A stretch of DNA of 64,000 nt from an uncultured delta proteobacterium (GCA_963760795.1 CAVXEP010000029.1:128001-192000), one strand, 5' to 3'; positions 39,630 through 49,772 are shown, numbered from the stretch's first letter. The notes: generated by a model not told the origin, from the letters alone. Program-made: numbers and translations.

Positions 39630-40247
39630 TCAGTGGTTTGGCTGAACACGCGAGGATTTACCGTTGCGCGTCCGCATTCTTTCGCTATCCGTGCTGCTTA
39701 CATCAGCTTCTTCGGACTGGAGAAGATCGTCAAACAACGCCCGGTAGTGTATGAGCGCCTGCCGTAGCTCTTCGGTGCTCGCGGCCGACCTTTTATTGCG
39801 TTCCGCGATGCGACAGGCGGCTCGAAAATTTTCCACGACTTGGGGATGATTGACCGAGATATCCGCAGCTGACTGCTCGAAATCGGTCACAGGATAGCCG
39901 CACCGGTGCATAACCTCTTGAACCAGACTGTTTGCGTCCGCTAGCGCGCTATCAGGCCGATCCACAAAGCGACTTTGAACCAATAGCCAGTTTTCCTTGT
40001 ACCGCACTCGTTCGCCTTGGGGTAAAGAGACGATGTTGAATTTGCGAACTCGTTCCTCGCGTTTGCTCAGGTCGGCTTCAGCGCTATGTTGACTGTGGTA
40101 CGTGCTAACCGTTTTATCGTACTCAGGTCCGAAACGTTCACGTAACCGCTCGGTTGTTTTACGGCGCGCAAAGTACCAAACCCCGAGGCCAATCAAAATA
40201 ATAAAAGCAAGCGCGATAAGAGCAATAATAATTTGTTGTGCGTCCAT
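39630..40247 (-). CDS. membrane-anchored hypothetical protein
   Basis: N-terminal TM; RLRERFGPEYD, VQSRFVDRP and STEELRQALIHYRALFDDLL. Confidence 0.8.
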   Translation of the reverse strand: MDAQQIIIALIALAFIILIGLGVWYFARRKTTERLRERFGPEYDKTVSTYHSQHSAEADLSKREERVRKFNIVSLPQGERVRYKENWLLVQSRFVDRPDSALADANSLVQEVMHRCGYPVTDFEQSAADISVNHPQVVENFRAACRIAERNKRSAASTEELRQALIHYRALFDDLLQSEEADVSSTDSERMRTRNGKSSRVQPNH

Positions 40248-40290
40248 ATCTCACCTATGTATTAAAAAGTGTATTCGCATTAGATAAACC

Positions 40291-40305
40291 GCAAATATTA
40301 TGCCA
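40291..40305 (-). promoter_or_regulatory. sigma54 promoter
   Basis: TGGCATAATATTTGC (GG-N10-GC), upstream of 40247; palindrome pair at 40345/40376. Confidence 0.85.
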
Positions 40306-40769
40306 CTGACTTGCAGCACTAATACGAGGATAAAAACACCTGGCGTCACATATTTGCAAACAAACGCTGCCTTTCATCGCGAATCTGGGACATGAATAGA
40401 GATGCTGCTGCTCAATGTCATCTATAAAGATGCCGGCAGCTATTTCTATTTCTTGAGGAGTCATTTCACGACGATTAAGTCGCTACGACGAATTCCTTCG
40501 GATGAACTATCCCCCTTGCATAACCATGAGAGACTATCCTCTGCCTTTTACCATCCCGGGGCGACCAGGTGCTGTTGAAGGATCGCTGTTCTTGCTGTGC
40601 GAGTATTCCCAGGCATCACATCTGCGGCACAGCAATCGCAAATCAATGGGGCAACTCGGATTGTCGGTTAATTCCTTTCAGGTAACTAGGAATAATACTT
40701 CCCTCGATTCCGCCGGCTGCTACCACCGAACAAAAGTCCAACAAGTTCGAAGGCATTATTTTTCATTGC

Positions 40770-41090
40770 GCTCGAGGAGATTCGGCTCTCGATGTGGATC
40801 GAAGAGGAGGTGCAAAAGCGTTTCGGTTCGAAACGACAAGCTAAGGAAGAAATTCTCGCCCGCTACACCAGCTTAATCTATATGGGAAACGGCCAGTACG
40901 GGTTTGCCAGCGCAGCGCAATACTATTTTGGCCGGCCGCTGGCGAGGTTCACCGCCAATGACGCCGACCAGGCGGCGCTACTCGCCTGGCATCGCCAAGC
41001 GCCGCGTTACTACGCGCCCATCCCGATGGATACGCAGCGAGTGCTGCGCCGCCGAAATCAAACCCTACGACTGATGGCCGCCAGCCGTGC
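40770..41090 (+). pseudogene. fragment of PBP1-type transglycosylase domain
   Basis: KEEILARY..IYMGNGQYGFASAAQYYFG..AALLA GT51 motifs, then frameshift and truncation; boundaries approximate. Confidence 0.7.
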
Positions 41091-41449
41091 AATACGAACC
41101 GTCGCGGAAAGGAAAAATAACATTGGGAGCGAAAAGGTTGCTGGTCTCCGATCTATAGAGGCTGTGGAGTACTACGTGAACTTTTTGTCAAAGCACCGCA
41201 AGGGGCATTAACGTTTGCCGAAACCGAAGAGCGGTTTGTTGGCAAGTAGCGACAAGGGATTGTTTGCTTATAGGAATCATCTACGCGAGCTTGCGCATGG
41301 TCATGCGCCGATACCCGCGCCGGCGCAGTCGGTGTGCCGGCCACAACAGGCTTGAATGAAAACCGCAGTGGTACCAAGATCCCGACACTATTGAAATTTT
41401 TCGCTCGACTTAAAAAGTTGGTCTCAAAATTGCCTTCTCTGGACCCATT

Positions 41450-41884
41450 ATGACATTTTTAGAATCTACCCGATTTGATCAGACCGAACAGACCATAAAC
41501 CGGATCTTCCAGCCCGACCCGCTTACCCCGTACGATTATCTTAGGACCTCGCGGCGATCGGTGCACCTGGAACCGGAGAAACATTTGATGCATGCGATTC
41601 TGGAGGAAGCGATCAAGACATACCGCTTGCATGTTTCGACCAAATCCAAGCGCGAGCATAGGCTGTTTCTAGAAGCGGAACTCTGGATTATGGACCGTAA
41701 CGATGATTGGCTGTTTTCATTTGAAAATCTATGCGAGGTCTTGGGTTTAGATCCCGATTTCGTGCGCAGTGGCTTGGCTCGTTGGAAAGAACAGCAGGTC
41801 GGCCCTGCGGTGGTGCGGAAGACGCCACGTTACCGGGATCGAAGCGCGCGCCAGAGATCTGCGATAAAGCCTGCTTCCCCATAG
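41450..41884 (+). CDS. conserved hypothetical protein
   Basis: EPEKHLMHAILEEAI...EAELWI...FSFENLCEVLGLDPDFVRSGL pattern; recalled as common in deltaproteobacteria-like genomes. Confidence 0.7.
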   Translation: MTFLESTRFDQTEQTINRIFQPDPLTPYDYLRTSRRSVHLEPEKHLMHAILEEAIKTYRLHVSTKSKREHRLFLEAELWIMDRNDDWLFSFENLCEVLGLDPDFVRSGLARWKEQQVGPAVVRKTPRYRDRSARQRSAIKPASP

Positions 41885-41943
41885 GGCGTAGCTAAATAGC
41901 GGCTTGATTCAGCAATCGTCTTTTGATTATCTACATCTTGCAC

Positions 41944-41990
41944 GTCCCAAAATTGGGACAGCGGTAATTCAATCGTCCTGTAAATGAGAC
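41944..41990. promoter_or_regulatory. paired candidate enhancer (UAS) palindromes
   Basis: GTCCCAAAATTGGGAC (41944) and GTCCTGTAAATGAGAC (41975), 31 bp apart. Confidence 0.75.
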
Positions 41991-42031
41991 AGAGCGTTAG
42001 GTAAAGTCGTTATAAATTGCCGTCTCATTTT

Positions 42032-42046
42032 TGGCACGTGGATTGC
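42032..42046 (+). promoter_or_regulatory. sigma54 promoter of the NtrC-type regulator
   Basis: TGGCACGTGGATTGC, matches consensus. Confidence 0.9.
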
Positions 42047-42080
42047 CCCTAACGACCCTATAGTTACAGGAGAGAGGGTT

Positions 42081-43440
42081 ATGCAAGGTAATATTCTAGT
42101 TGCCGAAGATGAATTGTTGCCGAGAAAAAATATCTGCCGGGTTCTTGAAGACGAGGGATATCAGGTTCATGAAGCCGCCGACGGGAGCGCGGCTATAGAA
42201 GCAGTCGACAAAAATGATTTAGATTTAATTCTTCTGGATTTAAAGATGCCGGGCGCCGACGGCATGACGGTGCTCAAGCATGTGCGACAAGCATCGCCGC
42301 AGACTCTAGTGCTGATCATGACCGCTTACGCCTCCATCGAAACCTCGGTTGAGGCGCTTCGCCTAGGCGCGCAGGATTATATCCTTAAACCAATCGTGCT
42401 CGATGGCGTGGTGAAGAAAGTGCGCACTTTGATGGAGAATAAGCGGCTTGCTTGGGAAATCCAAACCCTGCGTCGACAACTCAACCGCGACTTCGAGACC
42501 ACCGAATTGATCGGAAATAGCCTCGCCACTGCGGAAATTCTCGAGGTGATCGAGAAAGTGGCGCCGACCAACTCGACCGTTTTGATTAGTGGCGAGAGCG
42601 GTGTCGGAAAAGAGGTGGTGGCTCGCACCATTCATAAGCAAAGCACGCGCAGCGACAAAACTTTTCTGGCGGTTAACTGCAGCGCGATCCCGGAAACCCT
42701 GCTGGAAAGCCAACTCTTTGGTCACGTTAAGGGTGCTTTTACCGGTGCCTCGAATTATCAGGAGGGCTTATTTCAGCGCGCCAACGGCGGAACTATTTTC
42801 TTGGATGAGATCGGCGAGATGCCGCTCATTTTGCAGCCGAAAATTTTGCGCGCCATTGAAGAAAGAGCGGTAACACCCATCGGCGCGGCCAAGCCGCTAC
42901 CAGTCGATGTGCGGATCATTGCCGCGACCAATCGGACGCTAAAGCAAGAAGTCGACGAAGGAAAGTTTCGCGGCGACCTATATTACCGCTTGAACGTCAT
43001 TCACCTTGATGTCCCGCCGCTGCGTGAGCGGCGTGAAGACATCCCGCTGCTGGTCGAACACTTCATCCGGCGCCAGAATAGCGAGCTCAAGAAAAACTAC
43101 CAGGGCGTGGAAAGCAGTGCGTTGAAAGGTCCTCATGTCGCTGCCATGGAAAGGAAACATTCGCGATCTTAATAACGTGCTCGAGCGCGCCATGATTCTC
43201 GGCAATGGAGACTGGATCACGGTCAAAGATCTGCCGCGCTGGGAAGTGCCCGAGGAAGATGCCGACCGCGCCGTCGGCCACGGCCATGATCTCAGGCGAA
43301 CGGTTCGCGCCTTTGAAAAAAGTCATATTGAAAATGTTCTGAAGGAAACCGACGGGGACCGGACCCAGACCGCTGAATTGCTCGGCCTGAGCCGCTCGTC
43401 TTTATATCGCAAACTCGAAGCATTAGGGATTGAATCTTAG
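42081..43440 (+). pseudogene. NtrC-family sigma54-dependent response regulator (REC-AAA+-Fis HTH), +1 frameshift at about 43126
   Basis: LDLKMP, GESGVGKE, GAFTGA, FLDEIGE and DLYYRLNV motifs; removing one base of AAAGG restores LKVLMSLPWKGNIRDL and the C-terminal HTH. Confidence 0.9.
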
Positions 43441-43689
43441 ATCTGAATAGCGGGAATTTTATTTATCCAGGTCGCGTGAGTTGTGCTAGAGACGGTCATC
43501 GCCAGGAAGACCCATTCGGTGACGAGTAAAAAACAACATCATTGCAGAGCTATCCACGGCACTAGTCAGTATGCCCGCTATTAGGATTTTATTAATAGAC
43601 ATGAAGCAGGAAGGATCGAAGACTATTTAAATCTACGATCCTTCAAGCGCCTCGCTTGGGCGGGTTTTTTACTACGCGCCCGACTTGTT

Positions 43690-43893
43690 TTACCTCTCTA
43701 CCTTATCCACCCAATCGGCGACGCGGCGTTCCGCCTCATCTTTGCTCAGGCCGTATCTTTCCTGGACCTTGCCGATCAATTGATCCCGTTTGCCGGCGAT
43801 CCGATCAAGCTCGTCATCGGTGAGTTCGCCCCAATTTTCCTTGATCTTACCCTTCATCTGTTTCCACTGCCCCGAAATCGTGTCCCAATTCAT
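43690..43893 (-). CDS. csbD: CsbD/YjbJ stress protein
   Basis: MNWDTISGQWKQMKGKIKENWGELTDDEL..GKRDQLIGKVQERYG; GGAGG RBS. Confidence 0.95.
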   Translation of the reverse strand: MNWDTISGQWKQMKGKIKENWGELTDDELDRIAGKRDQLIGKVQERYGLSKDEAERRVADWVDKVER

Positions 43894-43936
43894 AAACTAC
43901 CTCCACAAAGAAATTTGCTAACGAATCGCTATAAGA

Positions 43937-43951
43937 GCAAAAGATATGCCC
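43937..43951 (-). promoter_or_regulatory. sigma54 promoter of csbD
   Basis: GGGCATATCTTTTGC; palindrome pair at 43992/44023. Confidence 0.8.
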
Positions 43952-44047
43952 GCAGCCAATGTGACATGACCTATGGAGATGGACATCATTAATCGCAAGT
44001 TTAGGACAGGAGGAAATGCGATGTTTCTGCCTTGGGACAAATGCGCT

Positions 44048-44689
44048 CTATCGGAGCGAGCGGCGAAGAAGCACAAACGTAATGATCCCAGCGGCGCTTA
44101 ACCCGACCAGAAGCCCAATGTCCGTCCAATGACTATACTGTAACGCGGCCAATAGTTGGTCGCCAACCACGACAGTGGTCAGAGTGCCGGGTATGAGTCC
44201 TATGAAAGATCCGATGATGAAGGTGCTGAACCGGATGCCGAGCGCGCCCACGAACATGTTAACGACTGTAAATGGCGCCACTGGCAACATGCGTATCACT
44301 ACGACCGCGAAGATACCGCCACCTTTAAGTTTGGCGGCGATAGTTTCGAAGCGCTGGCGTTGCGTTCCTTGGCTGCGCGGTGGTCCATAGGTGGCGCCAA
44401 ACCAGAAAGCCATGGCTGCGGCGAGAATTAATCCCGTCAGACCGTAGACTGCCGTGCGCCACGGACCGAAAATACCAACGAAGGCCAAGGTTAGCATCGG
44501 TCGTGGAAATAAAATTAACGAGGCGGCTACATAGCTTGCAACAATGATCAAGGGAGCGGCAGGATGTCTTTCTAAAGGTTCACTCCAAAGCCGGAGCTGG
44601 TCTGCGTCCATTTTTTGTAGAGGGCTCCAGTGCCACAAGGCGATTAAGAAAAGTGCCGTCGCCAGAACTACAAAAATATTACGCGACAT
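44048..44689 (-). CDS. DedA/VTT (TVP38/TMEM64) membrane protein
   Basis: IFGPW, IRMLPVAPFTVVNMFVGALGIRF..FIIGSFIGLIPG. Confidence 0.88.
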   Translation of the reverse strand: MSRNIFVVLATALFLIALWHWSPLQKMDADQLRLWSEPLERHPAAPLIIVASYVAASLILFPRPMLTLAFVGIFGPWRTAVYGLTGLILAAAMAFWFGATYGPPRSQGTQRQRFETIAAKLKGGGIFAVVVIRMLPVAPFTVVNMFVGALGIRFSTFIIGSFIGLIPGTLTTVVVGDQLLAALQYSHWTDIGLLVGLSAAGIITFVLLRRSLR

Positions 44690-44778
44690 AAGGCGTACGC
44701 CACAGCCTTTAAATAATTGTCAGTAGGTACTACTCGATGCAGCGCCGCTTCTACTAAGGATCCGTTCTATAGAACGCA

Positions 44779-44822
44779 GGCGCCGTCCGTCTCTGGTTCG
44801 GGCCAAGAGACGAACGGCGCCT
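44779..44822. terminator. GC-rich stem-loop downstream of 44851-45846
   Basis: AGGCGCCGTCCGTCTC...GAGACGAACGGCGCCT. Confidence 0.55.
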
Positions 44823-44850
44823 ACGAAGTTTTCTGTGTAGCAACGATCGT

Positions 44851-45846
44851 TTACTTTAACCCGAGCGCGGTCGTCGTTTTTTCATCCAATTGTCCGGTCA
44901 CCGCGATATTTTTCGCCTTCTGAAAATTGCGCAATGCCTCCTGCGTGCGCGGACCAAAAACTCCATCCGGTTGGCCGGTCTGGTAGCCAAGGTCATTTAA
45001 CTTCGATTGCGCCTGACGCACTTCCTGCGTGCTAGCGGGCTGCGAGTCACGCATTCCTGCATCGTTGCGCGTATCGCTGCGTCTCGCGCTGCGCCCGCCC
45101 TGGTTCGCTTCCAAAGCCCGCTCTGTCGCTTCCGCTTGCCACATATTAGTCGTCACATCGATTTTGGTCGCCTTGCGGGTTGTCTTATCGAAATCGAGTT
45201 GCACTTCGTAACTGTGATCGGCTTTGACGATTTCCCACTCGGCATAATCGGGCTTATCGCTGTTAACCGACGTGATTTTCCACCCCATTTTTTCCAGCTC
45301 GCGACGGTAGACGTCCTTGTCTTGTCCCGGTTTTAACGCTTGCTCGAGCTGTTCTTTGCCTTTAGTCCAATCAGCTCTGCGGTCGCGGTCGCTAAACCGA
45401 GCATCGCCTCGACCCATGGCGGCTACCTTGGTTCCTTTCAGAGCTTTTTTAGTGGCATCCGCTTTCCACATGTTGGTGGTTACGTCGACTTTGCTAGCTT
45501 TATTGCCTTTATCAAAATCGATCTGCACTTCGTAGCTCTGATCGCCTTTTACAATTTCCCACTCGGCGTAATCGGATTTGTCGCTGTTCACGGCTGTGAT
45601 CAGCCAACCCGCTTTCTCGAGCTCCTTGCGATAAAAATCCTTGGATTCACCCAGCTTTAAATTTTGTTGCAACACTTGTTTCTGTTTGTTCCAGTCGGCG
45701 CTGCGGTCGCGGTCGCTATAACGTCCGGCTGGAGTGCTTGGCACACTGTCGCTGCGCTGAGCCCACGCGAGTTGTGGCGACAAAGCGAGAATTCCGGTTA
45801 ACACCGCGGACCCGCTCATCTTCAATTTCCTTACTGAGATTTTCAT
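44851..45846 (-). CDS. exported protein with two about 100-aa tandem domains and a C-terminal peptidoglycan-binding domain
   Basis: Signal peptide ending AWA; duplicated SDRDR..DYAEWEIVK..SYEVQxDFDK..DVTTNMW; AQSKLNDLGY..DGVFGPRTQEALRNFQ. Confidence 0.88.
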   Translation of the reverse strand: MKISVRKLKMSGSAVLTGILALSPQLAWAQRSDSVPSTPAGRYSDRDRSADWNKQKQVLQQNLKLGESKDFYRKELEKAGWLITAVNSDKSDYAEWEIVKGDQSYEVQIDFDKGNKASKVDVTTNMWKADATKKALKGTKVAAMGRGDARFSDRDRRADWTKGKEQLEQALKPGQDKDVYRRELEKMGWKITSVNSDKPDYAEWEIVKADHSYEVQLDFDKTTRKATKIDVTTNMWQAEATERALEANQGGRSARRSDTRNDAGMRDSQPASTQEVRQAQSKLNDLGYQTGQPDGVFGPRTQEALRNFQKAKNIAVTGQLDEKTTTALGLK

Positions 45847-45909
45847 TTCTTGCTCCTTTCGTTTTGCACTAAATTTTTACTTAGCACACTGTTTTTAAAT
45901 TCGATAAAA

Positions 45910-45924
45910 GCAACCGTCGTGCCA
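45910..45924 (-). promoter_or_regulatory. sigma54 promoter
   Basis: TGGCACGACGGTTGC, upstream of 45846. Confidence 0.9.
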
Positions 45925-46191
45925 GCTCTGGTGTGAATAGTCGCGAGGCTGCATGGATATCGAGCGACAAAGTGATTGTCCCGCGATGCAATTGCTTGTA
46001 GATGGTGGACTGAAAACCTGTGTTTGTATTGCAATGGTAGCGCGCAAACGGGACGGTGGTGGGTAAATCTCACCCTGTGGCAGTTTACCGTGCGTTATGC
46101 CCTAGGCTGGGGCGAAGCACAAATAAGGAACTTGCCTTACCCGTGCCTGCGCCCAACTTGGCCGTTCGTCCTTATCTAAATTTATGAGAGG

Positions 46192-46500
46192 TTACGGTTT
46201 GTTCGCTGTCCGGTTACCGCCCCACACAAAACCGATGCCGATGGCGGCAATATGATTGCCGCGGTTGGTGTTGTTGTCGATGTCTTTAAACGACTAAAGA
46301 AATATTCGTAGCGATAGCCGAGATTCAGAAAGGCCTGCTCGTCGAAGAACAATTTCAAGCCGGCGTTCGGGTCGATAACGCCGGTGATATCGCGATCGTT
46401 ATAGAACGCGCCGATGCTGCCACCCAGATAGGGTGCAGCTGCAATTGGCAACGGCATTAAGACTGCTCCCACGAGAAAGAGAGCGGCTAAAATAAATTTA
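46192..46500 (-). pseudogene. decayed outer-membrane beta-barrel gene
   Basis: Signal-like segment fused to PYLGGSIG..AGLKLFF..LNLGYRYEY; frameshift before GNHIAAIGIGFVWGG; start approximate. Confidence 0.55.
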
Positions 46501-47201
46501 CAGACCGCTAACAGAGGAGCAAAAATACCACCGCGGCATGGCGACAAATCGCAATTATAAAATAAATACTTTTCAACTACGAAGCCAATATTGTCCCGCA
46601 AACGGTGAAAAAGGTGAGACGATGTGTAGGCGTTAAGACAGAACCTGGAATCAGCGTGGCATGTTTCACGAACCCCAAAATATGCTTTTCACGTCCTGAA
46701 ATTGGCACAACAGATTTGATTATGTCTTATTATTGGAACAGAACATCTTTTTTAAGTGATCAAAACGTTTTTCAACTATGCGTGTTTTCGTGCATTTGTA
46801 ATTTTTCATTTCATGATTAACCCGTCGCACTGTCGATCAAACTTCTCGCTATGACAGTTAGAAGACTTCGTCGCAAGCGTAAGGTGCGGCAGCCTTTGAA
46901 TCGCAGGATGGGGCTTCACTGGCTCGGGGTTGGGCCCCGATGCCACCGTGGGGATTGAGGCGTCCCCCGCGATTTACCTCAGTGTGATCATGGTTAAGAA
47001 CTAATAGTTAAATAAATCAGACGGTGAGAGTTAGTCCCGTTTTTGCGACGGCGATCCCTACTTTGAGACGTCGTGCTGAATCTTTATTTCAAAGCGCGAT
47101 TCCAATAACGCGGCTCATTATATCAACCGAAATTCGTTAGCCAAATCTTCAAACGATGCGAATTGTTAATCTTTGTATTTGCAAGCGTTGTGAGTCTTTT
47201 A

Positions 47202-47216
47202 TGGCATGCTGTTTGC
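47202..47216 (+). promoter_or_regulatory. sigma54 promoter of the ferritin-like gene
   Basis: TGGCATGCTGTTTGC; palindromes at 47034 and 47054. Confidence 0.85.
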
Positions 47217-47261
47217 GGTAATTACGATCAAATTCAAGGACGAACATGCGGAGGATATAAC

Positions 47262-47876
47262 ATGGCGGACAGCTCATTTCTGACCGATGTCAAAACTTTA
47301 CGTGAACGGGCGCGTCGACACATCGAACGGGGCGCTGTGACGGAGGGTTACCAAGCCGACCGAGAGGTGGTTTTGAAACTCTTGAATGAAGCGCTAGCTA
47401 CCGAGCTTGTTTGCGTCTTGCGCTACCGGCGCCACTATTTCATGGCTAACGGTATCCACGCTGGAGCCGTGGCCGACGAATTTATGCAGCACGCCAACGA
47501 AGAGCAGGCTCATGCCGATCAAATTGCCGCTCGTATCGTGCAATTAGGCGGCGCACCCAATCTCTCCCCAGAAGGTATGTTAGCGCGAAGCCACTCCGAA
47601 TATGTTGAGGGTGATTCGCTGACTGATATGATTCGCGAGGACCTGGTTGCTGAACGCGTTGCCATCGATAGCTATAAGGAGATGATTCAGTATCTCGGCA
47701 GTAAAGATCCTACTACACGCCGGATGATCGACGGGATTCTAGCAGTCGAGGAAGAACACGCAGAAGATCTGGCGACACTTTTGGAACGGTATGATCAGCC
47801 GGCCTACGCGGGTTCTGTGTCACTGCAAAAAATGAACGATGACGCCCTTGCGATGCATAAGGAAAAGCAGGATTAA
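47262..47876 (+). CDS. ferritin-like (bacterioferritin/Dps-like) protein
   Basis: ALATELVCVLRY, EEQAHAD, DLVAER and EEEHAEDL di-iron ligands; GGAGGA RBS before ATG 47262. Confidence 0.92.
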   Translation: MADSSFLTDVKTLRERARRHIERGAVTEGYQADREVVLKLLNEALATELVCVLRYRRHYFMANGIHAGAVADEFMQHANEEQAHADQIAARIVQLGGAPNLSPEGMLARSHSEYVEGDSLTDMIREDLVAERVAIDSYKEMIQYLGSKDPTTRRMIDGILAVEEEHAEDLATLLERYDQPAYAGSVSLQKMNDDALAMHKEKQD

Positions 47877-47955
47877 AGCGGTCTCGCCGCAATGATTTGC
47901 GAAATCAGGCGATTCGATAGCGCTGGCAGTTACTTCCCGCTAGCGTTATTCCCCC

Positions 47956-47993
47956 GAGACAGATGAGCGGCGATTGCGCTGCTCATCTGTCTC
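47956..47993. repeat. 17-bp stem-loop between the ferritin-like and BON genes
   Basis: GAGACAGATGAGCGGCG-ATTG-CGCTGCTCATCTGTCTC (one G-U pair); no U-tract. Confidence 0.7.
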
Positions 47994-48070
47994 CCTCCCT
48001 CTACTGATAAACATTTTAGGTAGCGACCTGCATCATAACAATAGCAAATTTATCGATGAGGTTTTATTAT

Positions 48071-48448
48071 ATGACGAACGAGATTAAGATCATTACGTTA
48101 GGATTGGCTCTCGGGATAGGATTTATCGGTTGCTCGCGTGAAAGTGACAATCAGGCTCGCGAAACCACAACGACGCGCGACAGCACTACAACCACGACAG
48201 TACCGGCAACCCCTAACCCGACGCTGAGCAGTTCGGATCTAGAAAATGTCGTAAAAGCGAAACTTCAAAGCGACGATCAACTGCGTGTGGCGAATATTAA
48301 CGTTAATGCCGACGCCGACAAGAAAGAAATCACTCTGTCCGGCACAGTGACATCGCAAGAACAGCGTAAACGCGTCCTTGATTTGGCTAAAGAAGCGCAC
48401 GCAGGGTTAACCATTAACGACAAGATCGATGTCAAGCCCATGTCGTAA
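48071..48448 (+). CDS. BON-domain (OsmY-like) lipoprotein
   Basis: Lipobox FIGC, Thr-rich linker, VKAKL..INVNA..ITLSGTV. Confidence 0.85.
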   Translation: MTNEIKIITLGLALGIGFIGCSRESDNQARETTTTRDSTTTTTVPATPNPTLSSSDLENVVKAKLQSDDQLRVANINVNADADKKEITLSGTVTSQEQRKRVLDLAKEAHAGLTINDKIDVKPMS

Positions 48449-48541
48449 ATTGGTCGCGTTACTTGAGGTGGCGCAGATGCGCCGCTTCAGACGAAAAACA
48501 CAAAGGATCGTCAAAATCATGAATACTTAAACTGGAGGTTT

Positions 48542-49072
48542 ATGCACATGCCGAACGCAATTCAAATGGTTAAACAGGACCACAAGAAGGTTGCAAACCT
48601 GTTCGACAAATACAAACACACTAAGAAAGAAGAAGCCAAACGGCGGATTGCCGAACAAGCCATGGAACAGTTGGAGGTTCATGCCTTGGTGGAAGAGGAC
48701 ATCTTTTATCCTGCGGTCAAAAAAGCACTAGGAGACGGAGCGTTAATTCACGATGCGCTTAAAGAACATCAGGTGATCAAAGAGTTGATCGAAGAACTCA
48801 AGATTATCGAGGATTACGATGAGGATTTCGAAGAGAAATGGTCTGAACTCGTAGAAAACGTTCAAAATCATGTCAACGAAGAGGAGAGCGACCTCTTGCT
48901 GCAGGCTGAAGAAAGCGAACTTGATCTTGTTAACTGCGGCGCACTGATGACAGAGCGCAAAGAAAAGGCGATCGAGGAAATTGGCGCCAGCTCAATGGCC
49001 CATACTGGAAAATTACGTCCCGGCTCGAGATCGAAAAACTCGACAAAACACTCAGAAAGCCGGCACGCATAG
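48542..49072 (+). CDS. hemerythrin/HHE cation-binding protein
   Basis: QDH, EVHALVEEDIFYP, EH and HVNEEE motifs. Confidence 0.9.
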   Translation: MHMPNAIQMVKQDHKKVANLFDKYKHTKKEEAKRRIAEQAMEQLEVHALVEEDIFYPAVKKALGDGALIHDALKEHQVIKELIEELKIIEDYDEDFEEKWSELVENVQNHVNEEESDLLLQAEESELDLVNCGALMTERKEKAIEEIGASSMAHTGKLRPGSRSKNSTKHSESRHA

Positions 49073-49252
49073 TTCAGTCCGATCCCCAATCCCACGGGTG
49101 TTCGCCAGCGCGCAGATCATACTTCGCAGTCACGCGGCAGAACGCGCGCTGGCGGCCTGTCGTCAAAAACATAAAATCCTAGTGAAAAAGAAAAGCTCGG
49201 AACTGCGCGGCGATACTCACGGTCGCCGCGCATTCCGAAACCAGGAAGGTCG

Positions 49253-49405
49253 TTACACTCGGCCCATTAGAGCCAGAACGATGATGATTATAAGGACTAA
49301 TCCAAGGCCACCGCTGGGATAGTAGCCCCAGCCGCTGCTGTAAGGCCAACTGGGCAAAGCTCCTACTAATAGAAGAATTAAGACAATTATTAATACGGTT
49401 CCCAT
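49253..49405 (-). CDS. DUF3309-family small membrane protein (50 aa, below ORF-track cutoff)
   Basis: MGTVLIIVLILLLVGALPSWPYSSGWGYYPSGGLGLVLIIIIVLALMGRV. Confidence 0.9.
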   Translation of the reverse strand: MGTVLIIVLILLLVGALPSWPYSSGWGYYPSGGLGLVLIIIIVLALMGRV

Positions 49406-49433
49406 AGCGTTATCCTTTCCATTGTCGTGTAGG

Positions 49434-49568
49434 TTACTTTAGCGCTAACGATTTTCCCACGAGTATCAGGGCGACGCCGCCGATCATCCCGGCGCCGGCA
49501 AGCAGCGGTGGAATCGCAATGGATTCGCATTTCTCCTCTGTGCTTGATCTTGTTGTTCTGCATCCATG
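49434..49568 (-). pseudogene. remnant of a small membrane stress protein (DUF3185-like C-terminus)
   Basis: Strong AGGAGGT RBS and ATG, but out of frame with SIAIPPLLAGAGMIGGVALILVG. Confidence 0.5.
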
Positions 49569-49606
49569 AAAACCACCTCCTTTCGATTTCTCGAACTGGC
49601 GATGGA

Positions 49607-49621
49607 GCAACACACATGCCA
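49607..49621 (-). promoter_or_regulatory. sigma54 promoter (leftward member of a divergent pair)
   Basis: TGGCATGTGTGTTGC. Confidence 0.85.
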
Positions 49622-49772
49622 GTGCGATAGCGGAATTCACGACGCCCCATAGTTATTCACAGGGGGATATAGCGCATTGATGTCCCAAAACCGCGAAGGA
49701 GAGAAAGAAGCATTCCAAGCTTTGGGACACGGCGGGTTGTGTTCACACACTGTATGAAGGTGAATTATTATC

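Noticed and set aside
43110-43140. Programmed ribosomal frameshift in the activator (and at 4178)
   Set aside because: No slippery heptamer or stimulatory structure seen; a simple indel is more parsimonious.
48015-48035. Extra sigma54 boxes upstream of BON (GGTAGCGACCTGC) and AI-2E (GGCAAACCCTTGC near 51229)
   Set aside because: GG-GC spacing is 9, not the required 10.
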